This document shows positions 40,979 to 54,500 of a stretch of 64,000 nucleotides of DNA, piece after piece. This stretch comes from Octopus bimaculoides (lineage: Eukaryota): positions 87,388,751-87,452,750 of the forward strand of contig NC_068982.1 in the NCBI RefSeq assembly GCF_001194135.2. Direction: 5' to 3'. A program made the position numbers and the translations under genes. Position 1 is the stretch's first letter; each line of letters starts with the position of its first letter. The notes below the pieces were generated by a model. That model saw only the letters and a list, made by a program, of their open reading frames with translations. It was not told the DNA's origin and made no database searches.

Positions 40979-43900
40979 GTGCACTTGCTAAAAGCTGTGA
41001 TATATTTTCTTCTCTTTCAGAAATGCTCTGTTTACCTTTGACTTGAGCAGCTCTGTTGGTGATGTTGCATGGGCTCCTTATTCTTCGACTGTTTTTGCTG
41101 CAGTTACTGATACTGGCAAAGTAAGTTCAACAACTGTTCACTATCATGAACCAACAATCATTTAAAAAATCTTAAATCAATGCTTATGAATTATAAAATC
41201 TAGATTGGAACAATTTACTTTTAGGACAATCTATATAGCTTCATTCTTGTTCTGTTTTACTCTCAGGGTGTTGTTCTAAATAATTTGAAACAATTAGTTT
41301 CATCCTGTGACAAAAAGAAGCAGGAATTGAATATATAATTAATATAGTTATTAATTTCTACATGGACTGGGCTGTGTGTTGTGTTCTTGAGCAAGACACT
41401 TTATTTCACATTGCTCCAGTTCACTCAGCTGTAGAAATGAGTTGCAATGTCACTGATGGCAAGTTGTATTGGCCTTTGCCTTTCTCTTGGATAACATTTG
41501 TGGCATGGAGAGGGGAGGCTGATATGCATGGGCAGCTGCTGGTCTTCCATAAACAACTTTGCCTGGACTTGTGCCTTGGCAGGGAACTTTCTAGGTGCAA
41601 TCCCATGGTCATTCATGACTGAAGGGGATCTTTGCCCTTTGTATTTTAGCTAAATAAACTTTCGTGTCTACATTAGTTTCTTTTGTGCACTGTTTATAAA
41701 ATGGGTGTATGTAATACAGATATGTACAACTTAGAACAGTAGTGTTTATGATCAAATCTACCACAATTTGATGAGCCAACTAGGAAGCTCCAACGTAGTT
41801 GTTTTCCCAGTTAGAAATAGTTGCTAAATCTTCTTCAAATATCACCCTATTATTTTCAATGAGGAGCACATATGATAATGTAGGCGTCTAAGATACTTAA
41901 TGTCTGAGAAATGGATGAGTTGGTTACGGCTAAGTCATAGGTCTGTGTGACTTAACCTGAGGTTAAACTACAATAGCCACAAATCTAAACACAAAGCAAA
42001 TTAACATCTTTGAGTTACCCTGTTCCTCAAAATGGGACAGCCTCACTTTAGTGAGTCCTAATTTTTAGGTGAGCAAATATAAAGTATTTTGTTGTATCTC
42101 AGAAGGGTCAATATGCCAATAATAAGCTTACACATACACTGGTTCTATTTCACTTCTTTTATTATTATTAATCAACTAGTTAACCATGTAACCAATTAAC
42201 TAATGGATTGTTTGAGTAATGTTCAGTCAATCAGCTAGGGATATCAGAGTTCTTTTGTTGACATTAACAATCTCAACAACGATGAAATAGAGAGGGCATG
42301 TCATTGGTGAGGTTGCAAATGGTGATAAAAGGACTTTGACAAACCTAGCTGTTTGATAGGACTTTGACAAACCTAGCTGATTGATTTATTGACCAAAAGA
42401 TTAACCAAACAATTGATTAACTGGCTAAATGGTTAACTAGTTGACTAATAATAATAATGAAAGCAGTAAAATAGAACCAGTGTGTATAGTTATTATGGAT
42501 AACACACTACATAATGACTCTCTCAATACAACAAAATCTGTTTCAACACATGGGTTCACATCTAGAATCTTGCAAACCAAATACAAAAACAACAAAAATG
42601 AAATATTCTTTCTGTATAATTGTAGTGGAGATTCAATGTTTACAAATGCATGATTTCTTTTTTAATTGTAGGTTTTTGTTTATGACTTGAGTTTGAACAA
42701 ATATGACCATTTGTGTAGTCAAGTCATAGTACAGAAAAAAAGGACTAAACTAACTCATATTGCTTTCAATAATGAGGACCCTGTAATCATTGTCGGTGAT
42801 GACAGGTATGTTGATAAACAATATAATGATATCTATCCTCTCAATAGAAAATTTAAGATCTGTTCTCATAAATTAAATGATCTGCCTTGAGATATAGCAA
42901 AACACTTGCAAGCTTATAAGGCAGCATCTACAAGATTGATTAACCCACTAGAAGATATAACAGCAAATTTTTGCTTTAATCATATATTGTCTTAAAAAGG
43001 AAGGACACATTGCATAATTTAGTCTGACAAAGAGGATTGCCATGCCACTGCTTTTTGATCATAGCACTATTCAACAGAGCTGACCTGAATCAAAACAATA
43101 ACATATTAGCTGTTGATTTTCACTCATTATTGTATCCATTTGTGAAGGTGTGTGACCTAATGATTAGAGTGTTTGGCTCATAATTGCTAAATTGTTGATT
43201 CAATTCTTGAACCAAGTAGCATGTTGTGTCTTCAAACAACTTCAGTTCTTGTTGTTCTAATACACTTAGCCAAAAATGAGTACCAGTAGCACTTGGTAGA
43301 CTTGCATTACATTTAGAGGTAAATCTTGTATTCTCAACCTAAGTATCTTGAAAATCCAGATTGGTTTTGATCTCATGTGTCTACAAGTTCAAGGCAGACA
43401 TTCATTTGATCATTTTGCTTCCACACAAACTGAGTAAGATAATATATATATTAATCATTAAGACTTCATAATAATGTTAGTTATTTAGAGTTTTGATACA
43501 ACTCAGTGAAAAAAATGCATAAATATTACCAATTACCTCCTTAATTTTTTATACATCTTTGTATGGATTTTTGTTTTGATTTTGTTTTGTTTTTCATATT
43601 AAAAAAAAGATTCCTCTTATTTTTTATTCTTGTTAAAGTGAGTATTCTATTTTTAGGGGTGATGTGACCTGTCTAAAGCTATCCCCAAACCTAAGAAAGC
43701 AACCAAAAGTGAGTATTAACTACTGTATATTATACATGTATTTGGTTTATATATTTTCTTCCTACTTAATGCCTTCTTAAACATATTCCTCTGCTGGTAT
43801 GAGTTGAATAGCTTTTCAAATGATCCATTTTTTTTCCACAAAAACTGGGATGTCTTTTTGTTTTTTTATTTTTATATATTAAAACATAATTTGCTGTTAT

Positions 43901-44868
43901 GTTTTAAAATGGTTTGTATCATCATATAAAGCAATGTGTATTATCAAGCCTTATGACTTCCAACTTCTTGAACATTCATCAGTTGCATCTGTTCCTTTTT
44001 CTATCTTTATGCTATTAATTTAGTTCCATTATTTGCTTCCTGACTTCAAATCCGTTTAAGGTCAGCTTTGTGTTTCATCATTGGACAGTCAAGAAAATAA
44101 AATACCAATCAAATATTGTCATCAATTCTGTTACCTACATCTCTGCAACAAAATATATAGCCGTTATAACCTGTATTAGAAATTAATATCTATTCAATTA
44201 TCTTTAATCCCTTAGCACTTTTTCAACACCATGAATTTCTGTCTCTGTCTGTCTGTCTGTCTCTCCCATGTCCCTCCCTCCCCACCATTGCCTGATTGAC
44301 CACCAGTTAGCTTCTGCACAGCCATATCTACCGGAGAACTACTTTCGAATATCACTACTAATTCTCTTGCATTAGTGCCAATCCACTGACATGTGAGTGA
44401 CAGTGATTTCATCAAAAGCAATGTCATTACTCAAGACATCATCAAAGCTTTTGATCATGTCTGGCATACAAATCTCTAATCAAAATGTCTTGCCCATGTG
44501 TTACATCCTTCTCTCATCTCTTAAATTGGTAGCTTCCTGAACTGAACTAGTGATTGGTTAGTATCTCAACTACAAATACAATGCAATGATGGTTACTGGA
44601 TTACACATCATTAACAGTCTTTAATCCGACATTTTATTGACTCACCTAGTTCTGATTCTAACATGATGATGACAATGATGACAGTTATGGAGGTAGTGGG
44701 GATGGTGATAATTGTAGTGGTGATTACAACGATGGTAATGATGTTGGATTTAAAAAATTTGCATTTTAAAGCAACAACAAAGAAAAGGAAAAAACAAAAC
44801 AAAACAGAAACAAACCACTATTCCCTTCATCAACATCGTCCTTATAATCATCAGTCATCATCCTTATG

Positions 44869-44949
<81 letters not shown>

Positions 44950-44971
44950 AACCACCACCACCACCACCACG

Positions 44972-45036
<65 letters not shown>

Positions 45037-48000
45037 ATAAGTTAAGTTAACAAATTTATTGCTGGATTATTGTGTGTTTTTCAATCTGCAAGGGTTTTAA
45101 AGGAAGAAATATAGCTAAAACTCAATCTATTTCAGATATTTCATGGTTGCTGGTTCAATGTCACTAAACATTAAGAACAATGGATAAATGGCAGAATAAA
45201 TAGAGCAGTGAATACCCTGTGGTATTCAGTTACAACTAGTAAACATTTTTGTTTTGATAGAAGAAAGTGTTAATTTAACCCTTTTATTACCATATTTCTG
45301 TTGAAATACATTGCCTTTGTTTCAATTAATTTTGAAGATAATGAAAAATTTAGTAAAATAAGTCATTAAAATGGCGTTTTGAACATACATTACTGTTAAA
45401 TTTTGATGGAAGAAAGTTTTAATTCAGATACTTTAATCCTTTCATTACCCTACTCCTGTAGAAATATATTGCCTTTGTTTTAATTAATTTTGAAAATAAT
45501 GAAGAGCATAGTGAAATAATTTTGTCATTATTAAGCTGGTGCTTAATAATGATATAAATTATGAACATAATGAACAATATAAATAATGAACATAGATTAA
45601 CATAAAATTTTGATTAAAAAATTTTTATTTTGGATACATTAACCTTTTATTACCAAATTTCTGTTGAATTACAGTACCATTGTTTCAGTTTTGTTGGGAA
45701 ATTTCGAAGAATTTATTAAAATAACCATCATTATTAAAATGGTGTTTGGAACATAAATTGACATAAAATTTTGGAGGAAGGTTTTAATAGATCATTTCAA
45801 AGCAAGAAGTTTCTACTGTATAAATAGGGATGGTTTTAGGTGGTTTGGCATCAAGAAGTTTTAGTTCTAAATTCAAATCTTGTCTAGGTTGAATTCATGT
45901 TTCATCCTTCTGGGTCAATAAAATAATGTATACGGCAGATACTGGGGATGATTTAATTGACCAGATCATCATTCTCTTATGGACTCTCAAGCCAACATAA
46001 AAAAAAATTAGTTTAAAACTTTGAAAACTTCATGTCTCTTCAAAGTGACTGTCATCTTTTACAGATCAGCAAAACACTCTTTGGTGCCAAGGACAAGCAG
46101 GTAGACCAAATTCACCCTGTAGACTAGTCTTTTAATTTTGCATGAACAGTTCTTTAGTATGATAGATATATCATAATAAAATTATAAGTTTTTGGACTAT
46201 TAATCTCATCTTTCTTCAGAGATGAAAGATTTTTTTCAATACATTGGAAGCTACTTATTGTGATCACTTTGAGACAAAGCCATTTAGATAACAACTGACT
46301 TATTGACATTAAACAGAAAATACAACAATATTTTGAGCAAGTTTGCAACCTACACGTTTTGATAACATTAACTGTATGAAGGCATTATTCAGGATTATAA
46401 TTAATGATTTTCATTGTATTTATATCTATATATATATGATAATGGTTTCATCTCTGAAGATGAGGTTAATAGTCTCATGAAAAACAATTCCTCTCAGACA
46501 TTTAATTTTCTATTTGGGATATAACAGTTTATTTCAGTAGTTATAAGAACTTCTGTTTTAAGATGATAGATATCCATTTTCTTTATTGATATTCTTCCTT
46601 TCTTTCATTCCTCATTTTTGCTGTTATTTTTGTTGTTCCATTGTGACCCTCTCTCTCTCCCACTTTCTCTTCATCTTCACTGTTACAATCATTGTCATCA
46701 TCACCATAACTGTTGTCTGTGTTTTCCTATGCTCCTTCTTTCTCCTCTACATCTTGTTTTTTCTTCATTTTTTTTTTGCCTCATCCCTTTTTCCTTCTCC
46801 CACTACACTCATCTCTTTCTCACCTTCCCACATGTTTCCTCTTCCTCACACTTTTCATTCCATCCCCTCTTACACTATTTACTCATTATCATCTTTCTTT
46901 CTTCATATATTTTACTCTTCTTTCCTTATTCACATTTCACTTCCTCTTCCATTTTCATTTGCTTCTACTTTCCTCTTTTCTTTATACTTATTTTATTTTT
47001 TCCTTCCCTCTCTCTCATTCTTCTTTTTTCTTTTTCTTTGCCTCCCTTTCCTTCTTTTCATGTATTTGCTTTATTTCTTGTTTCATTTCTTCATCTCCTT
47101 TTTCTCCTCTCCCTCACTTGTGTTAACTTTGCCTTCTCCTTTCCCTCTGTCTCTAACATACATACATGTTCCTTCTTTTCTCTTTCCATCTACACCTTAC
47201 CCCTACTCTTATTCTTTCATCTAAACATTATCTTCCTCAGTATCAACATCATAATTTCCTTTCTTTCACCATCTTTTGATGATGACATGTCAGTGTACAG
47301 TCACTTTCAATATATTACTTTCAATAGTTTTTATGCATTCCAGTAATTAAAGCACATCTTTATATTCTTATTTTATATTTAATTATGCATTATTTCACTT
47401 TCTTCCTCTTCTATCCAATGTTGAAATGTTTTGTTTTATTTCAGGAAGTCCAGGGATATAACTTTCTCAACCTTTATATATATATATATATATATCATCA
47501 TCATCATCATCATCGTTTAACGTCCGCTTTCCATGCTAGCATGGGTTGGACGATTTGACTGAGGACTGGTGAAACCGGATGGCAACACCAGGCTCCAGTC
47601 TGATTTGGCAGAGTTTCTACAGCTGGATGCCCTTCCTAACGCCAACCACTCAGAGAGTGTAGTGGGTGCTTTTACGTGTCACCCGCACGAAAACGGCCAC
47701 GCTCGAAATGGTGTCTTTTATGTGCCACCCGCNNNNNNNNNNNNNNNNNNNNNNNNNNNNNNNNNNNNNNNNNNNNNNNNNNNNNNNNNNNNNNNNNNNN
47801 NNNNNNNNNNNNNNNNNNNNNNNNNNNNNNNNNNNNNNNNNNNNNNNNNNNNNNNNNNNNNNNNNNNNNNNNNNNNNNNNNNNNNNNNNNNNNNNNNNNN
47901 NNNNNNNNNNNNNNNNNNNNNNNNNNNNNNNNNNNNNNNNNNNNNNNNNNNNNNNNNNNNNNNNNNNNNNNNNNNNNNNNNNNNNNNNNNNNNNNNNNNN

Positions 48001-48535
48001 NNNNNNNNNNNNNNNNNNNNNNNNNNNNNNNNNNNNNNNNNNNNNNNNNNNNNNNNNNNNNNNNNNNNNNNNNNNNNNNNNNNNNNNNNNNNNNNNNNNN
48101 NNNNNNNNNNNNNNNNNNNNNNNNNNNNNNNNNNNNNNNNNNNNNNNNNNNNNNNNNNNNNNNNNNNNNNNNNNNNNNNNNNNNNNNNNNNNNNNNNNNN
48201 NNNNNNNNNNNNNNNNNNNNNNNNNNNNNNNNNNNNNNNNNNNNNNNNNNNNNNNNNNNNNNNNNNNNNNNNNNNNNNNNNNNNNNNNNNNNNNNNNNNN
48301 NNNNNNNNNNNNNNNNNNNNNNNNNNNNNNNNNNNNNNNNNNNNNNNNNNNNNNNNNNNNNNNNNNNNNNNNNNNNNNNNNNNNNNNNNNNNNNNNNNNN
48401 NNNNNNNNNNNNNNNNNNNNNNNNNNNNNNNNNNNNNNNNNNNNNNNNNNNNNNNNNNNNNNNNNNNNNNNNNNNNNNNNNNNNNNNNNNNNNNNNNNNN
48501 NNNNNNNNNNNNNNNNNNNNNNATATATATGTGTG

Positions 48536-48566
<31 letters not shown>

Positions 48567-51500
48567 ATATATATACCCAGAACCACACTAATAGCTTAGG
48601 AGTGAAATTTAGGATTTCTCGTTAGACATTAATTAGCTGTGTTTTGTTCACTGACAAAACCAGAGTGACCCTTGACAGACCTGACTGTTGGGCAAATGGT
48701 TGGGTCTAATTTGGAGATGAGTGTCACCAACATTTACAATGTCAATAACAGGGTGGAGGAGTCATGTTGTGGGCTAATATCATTGGGGACAGACTTGTTT
48801 ACCCAGTCAGGGTGCCTGAAGGGGTTAAAGTGACCACAGCCACCGACTGCAATCTCCTGAAAGAGATCTTGAATCCCTGGCTTGATGACATACCGCTATT
48901 ACTTCTAAGGAATCTCATATTCATGCATGACAACACTCCCTCCCACTCTGCTAGGACTACCCAAACATTACTAGGGTCTTACGGCATACAAGGTTGGTGG
49001 TGTGATCACCAGTACCTCTCGATCTCAACCCAATCAAAAATCTTTGATCCATCATTAAACAAGATGTTTATGCCAATGGATGCCAATTTATGTTGAAATA
49101 TGTCTTATGGGCAACCATCAAAGCTGCAGCAGAGGCAGTCTAACCTGCTACTATTAAGAAATTGACAGATTCCATGACTAATAAGGTTTTTGAAGTTATC
49201 TGTTGAAATGGTGCTCATGTGGCTCAATAATTCATTATGTCAATAAATTTTATAACATTATTATGATTTTCTGTTAAATATATACCCAAAGTATGCTTAA
49301 TATGTATCATTACTCTTCATTTTCTGAACAAGAAATGTCTAGATGGGCTATTTTCATTCAAAAGCTATCAGTGTGGTTCACCCAAAAACTGAAGAATCTG
49401 AAATAAAAACAAAAGGACCTTATACAGAATAATGAAAACATAACAACGGTGTTGCCATAGTGTGCAAACCAGCTGGCAAAAGTTTTATGAAAATCGATTC
49501 ACAGAAAAGCAAGAAATCCTAAAATTTAACTCTTAAGTTATTAGCATGGTTCTGGGTGTGTGTATATCATCATCATCATCATCGTCGTTTAACATCCGCT
49601 TTCCATGCTAGCATGGGTTGGACGATTTGACTGAGGACTGGTGGACCAGGAGGTGACACCAGGCTCCAATCTGATTTGGCAGAGTTTCTACAGCTGGATG
49701 CCCTTCCTAACGCCAACCACTCTGAGAGTGTAGTGGGTGTTTTACGTGCCACCGGCATGAGGGCCAATATATATATCATTATCATCATCATCATTTAACA
49801 TCTGTTTTCCATGCTGGCATGAGTTGGCTGGTTTGACTGAAAATTGGTAAGCAGAGGAGCTGCACTAGGTTCCAATCTGATTTGGCATGGTTTCTATAGC
49901 TGGATGACCTTCCAAGAGTGTAGTGGGTGGTTTTTACGTGCCATTGGCACAGGTGCCAGTTACAAAACATAAGCATTGGCCACAAATTTGATCTCACTTG
50001 GCTTGACAAATGTTCTCAAGTACAGTAAATCACCAAAGATCTTGTCCATTTGTCACTGCCTCTGTGTGGCACACATCGGCCACTATCATTTTGGGCTTCG
50101 TCTCACTGCACACCTTTATAATTTATTGAAACCTCAATTAGAATATTGTTAAATCATTCAATTGTTATTGATGTAGGTTTTTGGGTCTAGATTTTTCTAT
50201 ACTGATCTCTGATGAAGAACAACAAAAATAGACAAGAAAAAAGAAAAAAAATGTCATATGCATCCCATGAATTTCTTTTAAACTGTAAATTATTTTGTCT
50301 ATAAGAAATGTTTATCTTTGTCAAATGTTTAATTATGTGTAATTTATTTGCCTTGAGTTATGCCATGCTGACAATTTCAAATAAGGATGAAATAATGCTA
50401 TACATGGCCACCTATGATTGGAAATTTTAAGAGCTTGATCAAGTGTAAGAAAAAGGAAATATTAAATGTGTATATTCTGTGCCCCTTCTTCATTGCTCTT
50501 TGATTTAAAATCCAAACTTCTAATCTTGCCTGATTTGATGTAGGTTTTGTAATTACTTTTGTAATTGTCTTCCTTACAACAGCTGGCCACAAGAGCACAC
50601 CACAAGCATGAATTTGTCATTATAATTTTAGTCTTATTTAAAAAAAAAAAAAAGAACTAATAATAATAAGCTCATTGTATACACTACAATACATTGTGCG
50701 CACTACAAGCCAAGACAATTTTTTGTTTAATGTTTAAGAATGCTCCCACTACTAAGTGGGGAATATTTGAGAGGTGAAGGTAGAGGATTGTGGCATTATG
50801 CCAGGTGTTAAAAGGCTAAAGTATGATAGAGAGACGAGTACAGGTGTCTTGCTGTAGAGGAGATACATATATGAAGGGGATAAAAAGACAGAAGTGATGG
50901 AGTGCTAGAGCAAACTCCCAAGATACAACAGGATGAACATAAGAGAGGATACAGGCAGTGAGTCATGGTAGTGGATAAAAGAGTGGATAATTTTACAAGA
51001 CATGAGAAGGGAGTAACAGATGATTAAAGATGAAGGTGGAGATGAATATAGTGAGTGATGAACAAGGGTGGCAATTGATGGGAAATACCAGTATAGAGTG
51101 GTGGGGGGGGGGTTAATCAAGAGATATAGGAATGGATCAGGAAAGAGTATAGTTCAGAAAGTAGTGGGACAATGTGCAAGGTGTAGAAGCAGCAGAGAGG
51201 GGGAAATAAAGAAGTATGTAAGGGGCTATAGTAAGTGGGGAATGGTGGTAGATGTAAAAGGGTATTGAGAATGATAGCAGACAAGAGAGGTATTTAGAAT
51301 GGAATATAACAGAGGGGAGAGACAGCAGTGACTGAAGGCATGGAAAATGGGTGATTGGTAGAAATAGTGTGGGCAGGGATGATAACGAGGAATGGAACTG
51401 GTTCCCAGGGAAGGGGATAGAGGGAGGTAACCAGAATGAAATGGATGTTATATGTTCCAATTCTGCTCCCAGGTGGGTATAACAACCAAGTAGTACAATA

Positions 51501-54500
51501 GATTGGGGAGTGATAGGTGTTAGGGGATGAGAGTTGGTAGGGCAAGATGTTTGACAGGAGAGAGAGAGGAGTTGGGGAACAGCTCTACATACAAGCATAC
51601 CAAGTGGTCATTTTTGCTGTGATGGATGGGCCTTCTTGAGCACAGCAAATTGCAGTTTATCTCAGTCCTTTGTCATCTCTTCTGTAAGCACAGCATCTTG
51701 AGATCACCTTCCAATATGTCATCCCTGGTGGTGGTCTGCATCAGCAAAACTTGGAATTATAAATTCAATTACAAAATACTCATAATGTAAAAATGAATAC
51801 AACATTGAATGTTTAATTTTAAAAGCTACAGAGACTCTACAACATAAAAATAATAAGAATAATTATTTTGTTTTGAATGGTGTATTGGTTATTCTATATT
51901 TTGTTTATTCAATTTAAAGCAACCAGACAAGGAGGATAAAGAACAAGGGGGCAGCAAACCTGCTCCTTACACTAAAATGCAGAAGAATGCAGTGAGTCAT
52001 TTGAATGCTGTAGTTTTGTGACTTCATTTTCTTTGCATATCTTTAGATGTTGTGTTGCCACAAAAAAGTGATTTAAAACATACATGCATACACACACGTA
52101 TATATATATACGTATGTATGCATGTATGTATGTATGTATGTACGTATGTATGTATGTATATATGCGCACACACATATATATATGTATGTACGAATGTATT
52201 CAATTGCACCATGTTAGTGTTTTTCAACAGTGATTGGTAGGGGTGATGCAATATTGACATAATTAACCCACAATATCAATCTATTCAGTTGGAACAATGG
52301 TTCACAACCCTTGTAGCTTAACACCTTCTTTCATTGAATAGTATTTTACAAATGCACCCCCACTATGCATTGAGGTGGGTGGGGAGAAAAAAAGGCAGCA
52401 GATTATTTTAATCAAATAGAAGCTTATTTTTATGCAGTGGTTTATTATCCTCTTATATTATCCCGGCTAATATGTGCCTGCTATTGGAAATTTGCTTGGA
52501 TTAGTGTTCCCTATAAAAATTTATAAAAGTTACTTCAGAAGGTTGGTTGGTGCATCATGAATCATATTTTCTGCTCGTTGATAGCATAATGTCTCAGTTG
52601 TGTTGTAATTTCAAGAAAAATCTTTTTGAAATAGTTTAAAATATAAGTATTGTAGCTGGTTTAGATATTTTATTTCGAAGAAAAATTAGGATGCTTTATA
52701 CACCCAGTGCACTTCAAAGTGCCTCTATGACATTTGCTGCTTCCATGTGAGCAGTTAAAAGCCAATGAGTTGGAACAAGCCAATGGGAGAATCTCTACAT
52801 AGCTGTATGACCTGCTAGAAACAATAGTCATATCTCTCAAATCCCATCTTACTATCTAATATAATGAAAGGGCACAATATATTATACACTCTAACATACT
52901 CCAAAAAAGACAGGAGGATAGTCATGGTTGGAATGTCTTTGATCACAAGTCTACTTAATCACGATTGACTTTGGGTAAACAACAAAATACAAAGTTGTTA
53001 GGGAATTTAAAAATCAAGAAGCCCTTTTGTTACCATATTTCCATTAGAATGCTTTACTTCAGTTTAAATTTATTTTGAAAATAAAGAAAAATTTAGGTGC
53101 AGGCATGGCTGTGTGATAAGAAGCTTGCTTCTCAGCCACATGGTTCCAGGTTCAGTCCCACTTGAGCAATTATAGCCCCAGGCCAACAAAAACTTTGTGA
53201 GTGGATTTGGCAGATGGAAACTGAAAGAAGCCATTATATATAATATATATATGCACACGCACACACATATACACACACATGCACACACGCACACGCACAT
53301 GCACACACGTGCACACACACACACACACACACACATACACACACACACACACACATATATTGCTAGCTCCAAAAGTTTTTTATTCTCTCTCTGTTTATTT
53401 CTTCATGTTCCTTTCTGTTGAAGAGCTTAGGCCCAAAATGTAAAAGACTTTCTTACCTTCCTGAGCATCAAACTAATACACCTACTTGTTGTTTATACAT
53501 TTGTCTTCGTCTTTTATTTTTCTGTAAATTTCAACTATATATATATATACTGCTTGACAACCAATGTTGGTGTGTTTGCATTCCCAAACTTAATGGTTCA
53601 GCAAAAGAAACTGATAGAATGAGTACCGGGCTTAAAAAAAAGGTACTGGAGTCAATTCATTTGACTGATGAAATTTCTTCAAGGCAGTGTCCCAGTCTAA
53701 TAACTGAAACAAGTAAAAGTGAAAGAAAATTTAGTGAAATAATTTTCTCATTATTAAGCTGGTGTTTTGGAACATAAATTAATAGGAAATTTTGATGAAA
53801 GGTTTTGATTTACATAATTTTAAAACAGATAGTTTGTATCATAGAACCAGAGGTGCTTTCAGTTGTGTTGGTATCCAAAAAGCTAAATAACTTAACACCT
53901 GAGATGAATTATTGTTGATTCAATGAGAATGAGTTTCTCCATTAATTACATCTTTAGAGAAAGAAAACCTTGTAATATCTACAATTACACCTGTAGATTA
54001 TGCTTTCAAATTTTGGCACAAGGCCATCAATTTTAGGAAACAGAGGTTAGTCAGTTTCAGCAACCCCAGTACTTAACTGGTACTTATTTTATTGACCCTG
54101 AAAGGATGAAAGGTAAAATCCACCCCAGTGGAATCTGAACTCAAAATGTAAACAATTCTGCTATCTCACTGCCTTTACACCTGCAAATATTAATGTTAGT
54201 CTCAAATTTTGGTACAAGACCAGTAATTTTGGGAGAGGGTGCAAGTCAATTGCATGTACCCCAGTATTCAACTGGTACTTATTTTATTGAACCCAAAGGG
54301 ATGAAACGCAAAGTCAGCCTCTGTGGAGTTTGAACTCAGTATGAGCAGATGGACAAAATGCTGCTTGCATTTTGCCTAGTGTGCTAACTATTCTGCCAAC
54401 TTGCCACCTTCTTGGAGATATTAACATTAAAACATTTTTCATCCCTATTGTATCTTCCATCTCCAATGTCGTGGTACCACCACGATATTGTGATGGATGG

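Noticed and set aside
42330-42385. 28-bp direct tandem repeat that could suggest a CRISPR-like array
   Set aside because: Two adjacent copies with no spacer in eukaryotic transposon-derived DNA; a simple tandem duplication.
46586-47346. Three overlapping long hydrophobic ORFs resembling membrane proteins
   Set aside because: Artefact of the CT-rich low-complexity tract, which is depleted of stop codons.
47445-47453. Strong acceptor (ttgttttatttcag) followed by GAAGTCCAG, a possible 9-nt EVQ microexon
   Set aside because: No GT or GC donor follows in a frame-preserving position.
8636-48625. Long ORFs in the track containing X runs (for example 8636-9472, 34932-35774, 39238-40089, 47569-48591)
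   Set aside because: They are open only because they cross assembly gaps; the flanks are SINE or microsatellite sequence.
50740-51700. Purine-rich repeat (related to about 20750-20990), possibly a Penelope RT relic on the minus strand (LYTGISH resembling LYTNIPH)
   Set aside because: A single weak motif in biased sequence; cannot be classified without a profile search.
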